Below, in pieces: positions 1-9,796 of a DNA stretch of 20,000 nt. Within the stretch, counting starts at the first letter, position 1, and each line of letters begins with the position of its first letter. Source of the stretch: Vicugna vicugna (lineage: Eukaryota); the NCBI GenBank assembly GCA_013265495.1, contig MU058636.1, positions 9,864,968 through 9,884,967 of the forward strand, given 5' to 3'. The notes under the pieces were generated by a model. The model saw only the letters and a list, made by a program, of their open reading frames with translations, searched no databases and was not told the DNA's origin. A program made the translations under genes and the position numbers.

Positions 1-423
1 ATGAATCACTCCACAGGTGTTTTGAATCAGAAAATAATGAAGAGCAGGACCTGGGTTCCGGCCTCAGAATTCCCTGCCGCCCACCCAAGGGTCTTTCATA
101 AACGGTCTCTTAACTAGGGAATGGTGGCACTCATTCCGTTAGAACTGAATGTTTCTTTTCTTTGAAAAGTGCATTGTACCTTTTCTGGCTGAAATCTAAC
201 TTGAATGTGCTGCCAGACATTTTCTGCCGCAAACTGTGATGTAGAAACCTGCCAGTGGTCCTGAGGTTCTGTGGAGGAGGACGGAGATGCCTGGCCCGGG
301 AAGGGCGGCATCAACTGGACCTTGACTTGTGAACCTTCGATTTGAAGAGGTTAACAATATTCTACATTCATGAATTCTTTGTAGCTTGTGACCCACAGGA
401 GAGAAAAGGAATGTGAACATCTG

Positions 424-484
424 CATGTGTGCATGTACACACGTGTGTGTATGTGTGTGTGTGGGGGGTGCTGTGCGTGTGCAC
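424..484. repeat. Degenerate (TG)n / alternating purine-pyrimidine microsatellite
   Basis: catgtgtgcatgtacacacgtgtgtgtatgtgtgtgtgtg...tgtgcgtgtgcac read directly; explains the HTHTHT runs in the ORF track. Confidence 0.9.
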
Positions 485-831
485 CTGCACGCGGAAGCCT
501 GTAAGAAGGCTACAGAAGAGGAAAGCTGAGGCGGAAACGTCACCGAAGCTTGATGTCAAGAGAAATCCTGAGTCAATGTTGTTCTAGGCAGTACACACAA
601 ATTTCAGCTCAGAAACTGGCAAGCTGGTTCTATTTTTCAGATGAGCAAAGTGCATACTTTCAGAATGATGGAAGACTGTTTCAACATGAATTTTAATAGG
701 TCTTTTTGATTGATGACAAAATACCAGGCTCGACCAGACTGAGCTGAGCCACCATCATGGGATCTGGGGCGAACACTTTCTCAAGGGACCTGGTGAGCCA
801 GACTGCACTTTGGGGAAGAGATGATTTTTTT

Positions 832-883
832 TATATATGTATGTATCTATGTATCTATCTATGTACCTATTGATTGATTGATG
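832..883. repeat. Compound tetranucleotide microsatellite (TATG/TATC/ATTG)
   Basis: tatatatgtatgtatctatgtatctatctatgtacctattgattgattgat read directly. Confidence 0.8.
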
Positions 884-1034
884 TGGCCTCAACCAGGGAT
901 CTACGGGATTCTCTGCCCGATTTCAGTAGAGATTATCTGGACAAACTTCACCACTACTCTCTGAAAGACACAGCACATCCCCAGCCAGCCCTCACAGTGC
1001 GAGAGATAAATATTCAGCATCGCCAAGCCTGAGT

Positions 1035-1112
1035 CAGGAGCCAGCAGCTCAGGTTTCAAATTGACTTAGGCAACTGACAGCTCCCTCTGCCTTCATTTTC
1101 CTGTCTGTGAGA
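1035..1112 (+). mobile_element. Degenerate MIR fragment
   Basis: gagccag...ggtttcaaat...tgacttaggcaa...ctctgccttcattttcctgtctgt weakly follows the MIR core. Confidence 0.4.
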
Positions 1113-1329
1113 CAGTTTTGCTCACCCCACTAAATTTAAGAAGATGTTGAGAGAGTAAGTTCTACCACGTGGGTGAGTCCATCTGAGCTCCTTCCAAGGA
1201 TGACAACGGTTGGGGGCTGCTTTCAGGGTGGCAGCCCAGCCCAAAACACACTCCTTGGAGAACCGCCTCTCCTACCCAGAGCGCTGGGCCCCAGCAGCTA
1301 GCTCATCTGACGTGCCTCTGAGCCCCTGG

Positions 1330-1752
1330 CCAGAGTTCCTGGAACCAAGGGTGGACGAGGTGCGCCAGTGTCCAGTAAGCTGAACCTCTTAGTGTCTCTC
1401 TGTGTCTCAGAAATCTGGAAGGGGGACCTAGAACCTGGCTCAGTTGGTTGGGAGCCCTGAGATGAGGAGTGATGAAGAGCCGGTCCAGAGAAGCAGGAAA
1501 AGCCATCTGCAAAGGGACAGAACTATTGCCGAAAAGCAGAGGAGCAGAGATGAGCCCCTACTGGTCCCAGAGAAGACGCTGGGTCTGGACTCGGCTCCAG
1601 TCCCACATTCCAGGACTCCATGCACCCTGGCTCGTCTCCCTGACCTTGGTCTCCAAGCGACAATCTCACCTCCTTCCAACAAATTTCACTTTTTAGCATA
1701 TGCTAGAGGGAGTGCATCTCTATTACTTGAAATCAAATGATTCCTAAGCTTG
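1330..1752 (+). mobile_element. ERVL LTR remnant, LTR33/LTR16-like
   Basis: 3' end aacaaatttcactttttagcatatgctagagggagtgcatctctattacttgaaatcaaa resembles the recalled LTR33/LTR16 end (aataaattcccttttttgcttaagctag...tctgttccttgcaaccaaa); 5' aagctgaacctcttag...tctcagaaatctggaa also fits. Confidence 0.6.
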
Positions 1753-2574
1753 AAATCATATAATCCGAGTTGCTTGTCACAGAAAAGCTAGCAATGTCGT
1801 TGACATATAGGGATTCTCCACCGGACTTTTTATAAGACTAGCAGATGTCTTACAAATCCCTTTAGAAAGCAAAACAACCACCACCACGACAGAAGCACAC
1901 TGGCTTCCTGCTTGTTTCTACGCATCTTTGTCTATTCAGGTTAGATCTATTTGCTTAACCCTAACACACAACCGAGCAGAATTCTAAACAGGAGCCCAGA
2001 ACTCAGCCATGAGTAGAGTTTTTAATTTTATTAGTGCATTGAAAGATGACCCATCTCAAACCACTCCACAGCCAAGCTGGGTTTTGACACCGGTCCACAC
2101 CCAGGTGGAATCTGGCTCCACTCACCGGCCGTGGCTGCCCCATGTCAGTGGGTGAAACATGGATGCCGTTCACAACACTGATGGCCAACCCCAAATATGC
2201 TTTCAAGGGCAGCAAATGGGCCAGAAGAATGTGGGACTGAGACCAGACACTGTCCACCACCACCATCCAACCGTCACTGAAGGTGTGAGAAGCCAAGTTG
2301 CTTCTGTTCACAAGGAATTTGGGTGAATCATGACCATTTCTGTCAGCCTGAGGTTGAAAATGAAACCGTCTTCAACCATCAAGATTGGCTCCATGAGAGG
2401 CTGGTTATGGATTTACTCATAAGTAGTCCCAGACCTGTAGGTGGAAAGCTTTCCTTTCTGGTCCCTGGTTCATCACATCATCAGAGAATCTCTCTCTTTC
2501 CCTTTCTCTCTCTCTCCTTCATAGAAGAAGGGCCAGTGCACTGTCTTAAAAAGATGACTAGATGAAAAGCTAAA

Positions 2575-2850
2575 ATACTGCTCCTAACACCAGCTGTGTG
2601 TCCTTGAGCAAATTATTGGCTTCTCTGAGTCTCAATTTCCTTATCTTTACTTTTTACTTTTTCTGCTTAGCTTTATGGAGAGTCAATTAACACACAACAC
2701 TGGGCAAGCTGAAAGTGTTACACTGCGATATGATTATCGCCATGGTGTTAGCAGACACCTCCATCCTATCACATAATTGCCATTTCTTTTTTTTTTTAAT
2801 GGGTATTTGACCACATTACCTCCAAGTTTCCTTCCAGGTCTAAAGATGAG
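2575..2850 (+). mobile_element. MIR3/MIRc-like SINE interrupted by an L1 fragment
   Basis: Core cagctgtgtgtccttgagcaaatta...ctctgagtctcaatttccttatct at 2591-2647; MIR3-type tail aatggg...acctccaagtttccttccaggtctaa resumes at about 2798. Confidence 0.65.
2651..2797 (-). mobile_element. L1MA-type 3' UTR fragment
   Basis: T-rich start, agctttatggagagtcaattaacacacaacactg, and gttagcagacacctccatcctatcacataattgccatttc, typical of an antisense L1MA 3' end. Confidence 0.65.
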
Positions 2851-3117
2851 TGGCTCTTTTCCTTAGAGTAGAAACTCTTTGGAGCAGGGATTATATTTTC
2901 AACTCCTGTGGGCCCCTCCCCCTCCCCCCCAGTGGATTTTTTCCCAAACAGGGGAAGTGTACTCAGGAGCACGCAGTCACCTCTTGGAGATCCAGATGTT
3001 TTGGCTCTACATGTGACTTTTTCCTGATCCAGACATTTCGTGTTGATCTGGTTAGATCAGTGGTGGGAATGCAGGGTCACACCATCCATCTCTAGGCCTC
3101 ATGATTCTAGGAAGCTG

Positions 3118-3151
3118 TATTTATTTATTTATTTATTTATTTATTTATTTT
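3118..3151. repeat. (TATT)n microsatellite, about 8 units
   Basis: Read directly. Confidence 0.95.
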
Positions 3152-3834
3152 GCAAGGATAGCCCAAGGTGAGGTGGGAATAAACCCAAATGGTCCGTACG
3201 TCCTTTAGCTGGCCAAACATTTCCGCTGGCCCCGACTGAAGGTGTCCTTCCCTTGGCCAGGTGTGACCATGCCTAGCCATCCAGAGAGCAGGCTGTGCTC
3301 TGATTTGGGGCCTGCTCTTTCCCGAGGGATTGCTTGTCCCGTTAGACATCTCAGCAGTCTAGTTTAGGCCACAGATCTGGACTCCTGGATTTTTCTTCTT
3401 GATGCTAATTTTGTCCTTGCAACTCAAGGACACCACCACCATCCTCTTCCTTTTGTTTATTTTTAGCCATAGAGTTTGCCAGTATGACAGTGAAGTGTGG
3501 ACATAGTCATGTATTCTTTACTTCTAAAGAACTGGATTAAAAATAAAGCGAGCCATTGCTTTCTTCCACAGAGCTGAGAACCTTTTGTTCAATGGTCATT
3601 ATTAAGCTCTCACTCTGTGACAGGCATTGTTTCCCCTTAGAAGTCAAGTTGATATTTTTTCTAATCCCATCATTGATTTGAAATACGTATTTTGAAATCG
3701 ATGCTGAAATTGACAGATCTTTTTAAACATCATTTTAATGGTGTTTTTAGATGGCTTTTCTGCTTCCCCTTGTCACAATCCTTACATTTTCTGCTCCAAA
3801 TGATGCAAAAGTAGCATTCTGTGTTATACCAAGG

Positions 3835-3912
3835 AGAGAGCCGGCACCCAAGTAGAACACGATAGACCAGGGGAGCACCCAGTAAATGTAATTGTTGAAG
3901 CAGAGATGAATG
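3835..3912 (+). mobile_element. L2 3'-terminal fragment
   Basis: gccggcacccaagtag...gcacccagtaaatgt...ttgttgaa...atgaatg resembles the L2 tail. Confidence 0.4.
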
Positions 3913-5070
3913 GCAGGGCTTACAGCAACAGAGCTACTTGAAGCTCCTTTAGAAAGAAGAGCTAGAAATTCTTATCCTCCCTTCATTTTAGCAACCAGAC
4001 TTCCCCTCATGGCTCCTAAAACCAACCCAAGCTCCTTCGCACTCCATAACTCATCGGTGACTAATCACAGTATAAACGTTCCATTCTAGCTGTAAGTAAC
4101 CTTGGAGATGCCAAAACTCAGCGAGGCACTAAACCACATGGAACACCAGCATCAGAACCAATAGCAGAGCTCAGGTCGTCTACCTACCAGCACCACCTGC
4201 TGTAATAGCACGACTTAGGGATTCACCTGAAGACAGGCTCCAAAAAGACTCCTTTATCATTTTCTGGCAAAGAAGAAGTCTAAGAAGACAGACCCTTCCA
4301 CTCTTGTTTTCTCCTCCCATGTGAACCAGGGCCCCTGTGACCTGAAGGAGCTACTTCTTAAGTGTGTCAGGAGGTTCTGATCATACTTCAACCCTGATAT
4401 GACAGTGGCACATGGTCAGTGAGCCTCCTTCAGCCATCACGATACCCGAATTATCATGTGATGATGGAACCCACTGTGATTTCTGCAGCTACTGTCCAGT
4501 GAGGCAAAGGGGCTGCTTCTCAGAAGAGCCGGGATAAAGGAGAGGCAGTGGAATATCAAAGGCAGGGCAGTAGAAGTGGTCCCCACTGAGTGCAGGTAAT
4601 AAGGGGGTATGTGGCTTGCAAAGAATTTTAAAACAATGATAAAATCAACTTAATGTCTGCTGTTTATTATCCTCATGTGCTGGCAATTCTAAACAATGTC
4701 AGTGATAAAACACACCTTCCTGAAAAAGAGCTTGGTCCATCTATACTCAAGTTTAGAACAATTGCTGAAGTTATTGTTGATTTTGCATGTAGAGATATCT
4801 CTGTAACCTTCAAATCAGTACGCCTTGATTAGGTGTTCTTTGACAAACATGGTGTTTTTCATGGACGTGAACACAAAGAGCTCCACTTCCCAGGCAGCCC
4901 CCCAACCACATTGACGGAACTGCACCTGTTTCTTTCAAGAGTTCGTGTCTGGGGGCTTGGAATTGATCGGGCTTGCTTCAGTGACAGCGTGTGTGTTCAT
5001 TTCCTATGGCACTACATGTTCCTGTGATTAAACAGTAGATTCAAAATCAACAGCGATAAAGCAACGATAG

Positions 5071-5472
5071 TGTATTAGTCAGCCCCAAGGTGCCGTAACA
5101 AAATGGCACAGACTAAGAGGCTCAAAATACAGAAATTAATTTTCCCACAGTTCTGGAGGCTGGAAGTACGAGAACTTCCAGTGTGTCAGCAGGCTTGTTT
5201 TCTAGTGAGGCCCCTCTCCTCGACTTGTAGACAGCCGCCTCCCCCTGTGTCCACACGTGACCTTCCCTTTGTGCACAAAGGGAGAGAAAGTGAGATTCCC
5301 GGTGTCTCTTCTTTTCCTTATACGGACAGCAGTCCTGTTAGATCAGGGCCTCATCGTTATGACCTCATGTGACCTTAATTACCTCCTTAAAGGCCCCATC
5401 TCCAAAAAAAGTCACACTGAGGATTAGGGTTCGATGAATTTGCAGGTGGGAAACACAACTGAGTCCATCACA
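5071..5472 (-). mobile_element. Solo LTR of ERVL-MaLR, MLT1A/MLT1B-like
   Basis: TG...CA termini (tgtattagtc...gtccatcaca), hallmark cacagttctggaggctggaag and gaccttaattacctccttaaaggcccc; 5-bp TSD gatag/gacag. Confidence 0.9.
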
Positions 5473-5846
5473 GACAGTGATGGTCTGAACTGAAACAGAA
5501 CTTCAGTCACTTCAATTCTGTCGTTCATTGTGACTATTAAGCACTTTTACTTGTGTTTAAAATTTTAAATAGAGAAAGAGATCCCAATTGCAAGGCATAA
5601 TATTTTTGTTTGGTAAATTCAGATTCTAAGTCATGCCTAAAATATTTTACTTCATTGGAGTAATACCTTTAACATTAAATTGTTTAAGATAAATTATTAC
5701 TTATACAATTGTGATTTGTTTGTTCCTAAACTGAAATGTATTGCCCGTCATTGCAACAGACAAATATGTAGATAGGCTGTCCCTCCTTTTCAAAAATACT
5801 AATTAAAAAGCTTTAACCCATTGCTTGCGTACTTTCTTTTTTTCAG

Positions 5847-6002
5847 ATCTGAAAATGTCTTCATGTTTTAGAAAATGGATTTCAGGAAGGTCAAAAAGCA
5901 ATGCTAGAGGGTACAGGTGCAGAATTGGATGTGGTCATTCAATGAAGAATATGGCAATATTAGTATCTGAAAAGCACCCCTGAGGTGTCCGAAACAAAAT
6001 GT
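5847..6002 (+). other. Candidate exon inside the hAT element (fossil transposase 5' coding remnant)
   Basis: Pyrimidine tract then cag| acceptor, upstream tactaat branch-like motif, and AAATGT|gtaagt donor; 156 nt. Confidence 0.35.
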
Positions 6003-7215
6003 GTAAGTCATCCTAACTAAGAACGTATGCAAGTAATGGATTCAAACTTTTTAATTAAGCTAAAATTTTATTGTATATTTTGCCTGGCTTGATTATATAC
6101 ACAGTGACCAAGAGGAGAAGATCTTCCCCATGTTTCTTTACTAGGCATTTTTAGATTTCATTTCATTCCATGATTATAGTTGAACATAAGTTTGTCACTG
6201 GATGTCAAATAGCCATGGAAAGCCACTAAGGAGAAGTCCTTGGTCACGATGACTAGAAAGGAAACGGAAAGAAACTAAGTAAATCATCTTTGTGAGCTCC
6301 TGAGCCCTCAAATTAACCGAGATACGTTTTCTCTGCAGAATGTGGCCAGGCCCTTTCCTAACAACGCAGTGCTAGGAAAATGGGATAAATAGATCCAGTC
6401 ACCTCGAGCTGGGATTCACTCCCAGTTGTTTGCTGCTTAGGAAACAACTCTCAAAAGCATGGAACACATACCTTTGGGTACCCCAGCCCACGGGTCTGAG
6501 CCATAATCACTCCCACAGTCAGCCCTGGTCACCCCCTTGGGCCTAGAATGTGTACCCCAACAACTAGATCTGCCCTCAGGAGGATGGACCTCAGAAAAAG
6601 CCAGCAAGGACCTTGGAAATGAGCTTGGGGCTGTTCGGGGCAGAGGGGCATGTTCTCTGGACCACATACCTGGACCTTGGTGAGAGGGCTTCAGGTGGCC
6701 ACTTCCCCTTGGCCTTAGGGTCTTCACCCCATGAGGAGAGGCAAAGCCAAAAGCGGGTACCAGCCTGGCCAACCTGGCTGTCCAGGCAAAGGGAGGCACT
6801 ATTGTGGGCAACCCTGTCTACTGGTGGGTGGACTTGGCTTTGAAACGTGGGCTATGCAAGATGTATTTTGCAAACCTTTCTCCTCAGTAGTTCCTTGGCT
6901 GCGCCACAGGTCGTGGATTTTAGACACTAAGTCCCTTACTCAAGACCCCTGGAACTACCACGTGAGAGCCTTGAAACGCCTTCCCGCCCCTTGGTTCTCC
7001 ATCTAAGAGCAGTACCTTGCTGGCTGATTTCTGGGCCCAGAAACAGCTACCTATGGACCAAAGTCAAACTGGTACACATTTTCCCAAGTGTTAAATACAG
7101 CATTTTTCTTGTTATGGCATTTGGACCAAAATTACTTGACAATAAACAAAGACCATTCTTTAAGTCCCCTTTATTTAATAGATCTGTTTCTATATATTTG
7201 CATCAGTATATACTC

Positions 7216-7301
7216 GTGCATGCATGTGCATATGTGCACGTATGCATCTGTGTACACGCACCTGTGTGTATGTGTGTGTGTGTGTGTGTGTGCGCCTGTG
7301 T
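7216..7301. repeat. (TG)n microsatellite within a long purine-pyrimidine alternating tract
   Basis: gtgcatgcatgtgcatatgtgcacgtatgca...tgtgtgtatgtgtgtgtgtgtgtgtgtgtgcg read directly. Confidence 0.95.
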
Positions 7302-7393
7302 TTGTATCTTTGGCTCCCAGAAGTCCCATTAAGAGTGATTTGTTTTGAATACCGACGCCTGTTCTGGATGAGACTTCTTTTTTCCTCTTAAAG

Positions 7394-7496
7394 GTGTCAG
7401 CAGAAGCTGTGAAAAGGTACAGATCAGAGAACATAACATCCCCTAAGGGACTTCTCGGAGGCTCACACTTCATGTGCCAGACTCCCTTGTTCCAGG
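7394..7496 (+). other. Candidate internal exon (host transcript unknown; possibly non-coding or cryptic)
   Basis: Pyrimidine tract ending cctcttaaag|G and CCAGG|gtaagt donor; 103 nt; one open frame VSAEAVKRYRSENITSPKGLLGGSHFMCQTPLFQ, which I do not recognise. Confidence 0.4.
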
Positions 7497-7940
7497 GTAA
7501 GTATTTGACATGCTTTGTTACCTGATTAAACCTGCATGTGTTTCTTTCTGACTTATTACTGTCTGAGGCACTGTGTTGTGAAATGAAAATTACTGGCATT
7601 TGCCTGCCAAATGCAGTGATTCAGAGAATTGTGAATTAGGATTCTTTAATTACAGAGATCTGCACCCGATAGGTTAATTTCAAAAGCAAAGTTAACCACA
7701 TGTGTTCTATTTATTTTCAAACTAATTCAGTTGAATTACATTTCATTTAAAAGTCCTTCTTGGTCCCCTATTAATAAACAAGGAACACCGAACAAAATGC
7801 TTTGTTGAGACTCAATCTCATCTCACCTGGGCTAGAGAATGAAGAAGAAAATTACCTTTCCATAAAATAGAATGCAAACGCCAGTGATTTTTATGAGATT
7901 TTTAAAAATACTGCTCTTGTTTAGTATTATTATTCTGTAC

Positions 7941-8081
7941 TTTTTAAAAAACTGAAGTATAGTCAGTTTACAGTGTGTCAATTTCTGGTGTACAGCATAA
8001 TGTTTCAGTCACATGTACGTACATATATCTGTTTTCATATTCTTTTTCATCATAGGTTACTACAAGATACTGAATATAGTT
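7941..8081 (-). mobile_element. Young L1 3' end (camelid-type), 5'-truncated
   Basis: Reverse complement aligns to 18427-18569 (tatcttgtag...aaagaatatgaaaa...tgactgaaacattatgctgta...ccagaaattgacaca). Confidence 0.85.
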
Positions 8082-8519
8082 TTATATTAAATTTAAGCTG
8101 AAAATATTTAGCTTCGTGGCCCTGAATGGACTTGAGAATAAATAAAAGATGATTTATGGGGAAAGATGGAAGGATCTGTTTTATGTTCACATTATTTTCT
8201 CTATTTTCCACTGATGCTTAGATTTTGAAGAAATTTCTATAAATGAATGCTATCTAATTTTTAACTTTATAGACCATTTTGTGATCACTAATAGATGTTA
8301 AGTTGAAACAACAGTAGCAATCTAGTGCTACACAGTCTATGAAGGCAGCTCCTTTGAGAGATTAAAGGGGTTGAGTCACAGCCTAAAGACCTAAAATCTA
8401 AGCTATTTATTTTTAAAGGGTATATCCATTATCCTTATTGTAAGTCTTTTCCCTTTATTAAAAGCAATTAATGCTGTTTAAAAATACTCATGTTCATAAT
8501 CCTGAGTTAGTGGTTACAA

Positions 8520-8985
8520 ACATTTAAACTCGTTCATTAGAAAACAAAGAAAAACTGAAAAGCTGTGCTTTTTCTCTTATTAGACTGTTCTCGGCACCAA
8601 GGAGACAGACAGGCAGAGCCACACTCCTTGTCACCAAGAGGGTCACAGCCTGCCCGGGGAGGCAGCTGGTAGACAACCAACCCAGTGTCGCCATTGCTCT
8701 TGGAATAGGAGTGAGGAGAAATGAACTCTGCCTGGGACCTTGGAGAAGTTTCCATGGAGGAAATGGTGGTTATCCGGTGTTATATAGAAAGATGGAGACT
8801 TTGGAAGTGAAGATGGACGATCATGCTGAGGGAGCGAAGGGTCCAGAGGTGCCTTGGCTTTGGTGAGTGGTCGGGTGAGGCTAGACCAGAGAGGGGACAG
8901 GAGAGGTCACATCACTGACGTCCCAGGCTAAAGAATTATGTTGCGTGGGCCTAAGAACTCACTGAAGACTTTGCAATAGGAGCAC
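8520..8985 (-). mobile_element. L2 fragment
   Basis: ggagacagacaggcag...gtcacagcctg...aactctgcctggga...gaagtttccatggagga...ccaggctaaagaatt...cactgaagacttt, typical of antisense L2. Confidence 0.6.
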
Positions 8986-9504
8986 ACAGAGCGGGGAGCT
9001 CTGTCCCTGGGGCAAAATCAAGGAGACTAACTCCTGCTCCCACCTGAGGGCGCGCACACCCCAGGGGGAGCCCTGGCAGGAGTGTGACGGCTTGTCTCAA
9101 GTCAATAGGCTATGTTGGTAGAATGGATACTGGAAGTACTTTTTCTGCCCCGTCCCCATCCAGCCCTCCCGCTTTACTCCTACAGCTCCCAGTTTGCAGC
9201 CCTTCCCCAGTTTAATGACAGTTACCATCCCCAGAGCGGTTCCTCCTCTGGGAACTGGAAGATGTGGTCATCCTAGAACCTCCCCAGGAGACTCACTGAT
9301 CTCTAACCACAAAGCTGTGCAGAGCAAATGATCTTTCAATGAGGAGGCTGCCTCCCAAACCCACGGGGACAGCAAGGGTCTGACTCCAGCCCTAAGGGCC
9401 TGGAGAAACCAGAGCAGACCTCTCAGAAAGCAGGACTTTTTTGCTACTTCCATCTTTGACATTTTCTCTCTGAGTAAGTTCTGTCAGAAGTTAAATGCAG
9501 AAGA

Positions 9505-9796
9505 TTCAATGGATCTGTGCAAAGCTTTATATTTCAGAGGTATTCATTGCCACCTTCTGAATTTTAACCAAAAAATGGAAAACAATCCCAAATTTCCAAC
9601 AATGAGAAATTGGTTAAATCAACTATGGTGTATCCCTGCAATGATATACCACGTGGGCATCGTAAATGATGGAGAAAAGAAAAATATCATGAGATGAACA
9701 ATGGTCTTGATTTCTAAATGCTAGAATTATGTAGGTTGGCTTATATGCATCTCCTAAATTTTCTATAATGCATGTGTATGTTTTAATAAAAAAGGA
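9505..9796 (+). mobile_element. Old L1 (L1ME-like) 3' fragment
   Basis: tattcattgc...aaaaaatggaaaacaatcccaaatttccaacaatgagaaattggttaaatcaactatggtgtatcc, then aattttctataatgcatgtgtatgttttaataaaaaaa. Confidence 0.75.

Larger units (their letters stand above)
4546..6228 (+). mobile_element. Non-autonomous hAT-Tip100 DNA transposon (Arthur1/MER69-like), both ends present
   Basis: Starts cagtggaatatcaaaggcagggcagtagaagtggtcc...tgcaggtaataagggggt, ends gatgtcaaatag...gccacta. Flanked by aggagagg (4538-4545) and aggagaag (6229-6236), a 7/8 match of the 8-bp length typical of hAT TSDs. Internal motifs (ggcaattctaaacaatgtcagtgataaaa; cacttcaattctgtc) match my recollection of the consensus; subfamily name uncertain. 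Confidence 0.75.

Noticed and set aside
1303..1740. Four overlapping ORFs
   Set aside because: Lie essentially within a decayed LTR; no protein similarity recognised.
5103..5372. 89-aa ATG-initiated ORF
   Set aside because: Entirely within the antisense MLT1 LTR, a common source of spurious ORFs.
7088..7599. Overlapping ORFs with CVCVCV/HTHTHT runs (likewise 196-559)
   Set aside because: Produced by stop-free (TG)n microsatellites.
7592..7617. Small hairpin actg(g)catttg-cctgc-caaatgcagt
   Set aside because: 10-bp stem with a bulge; too short for a miRNA and within chance expectation.
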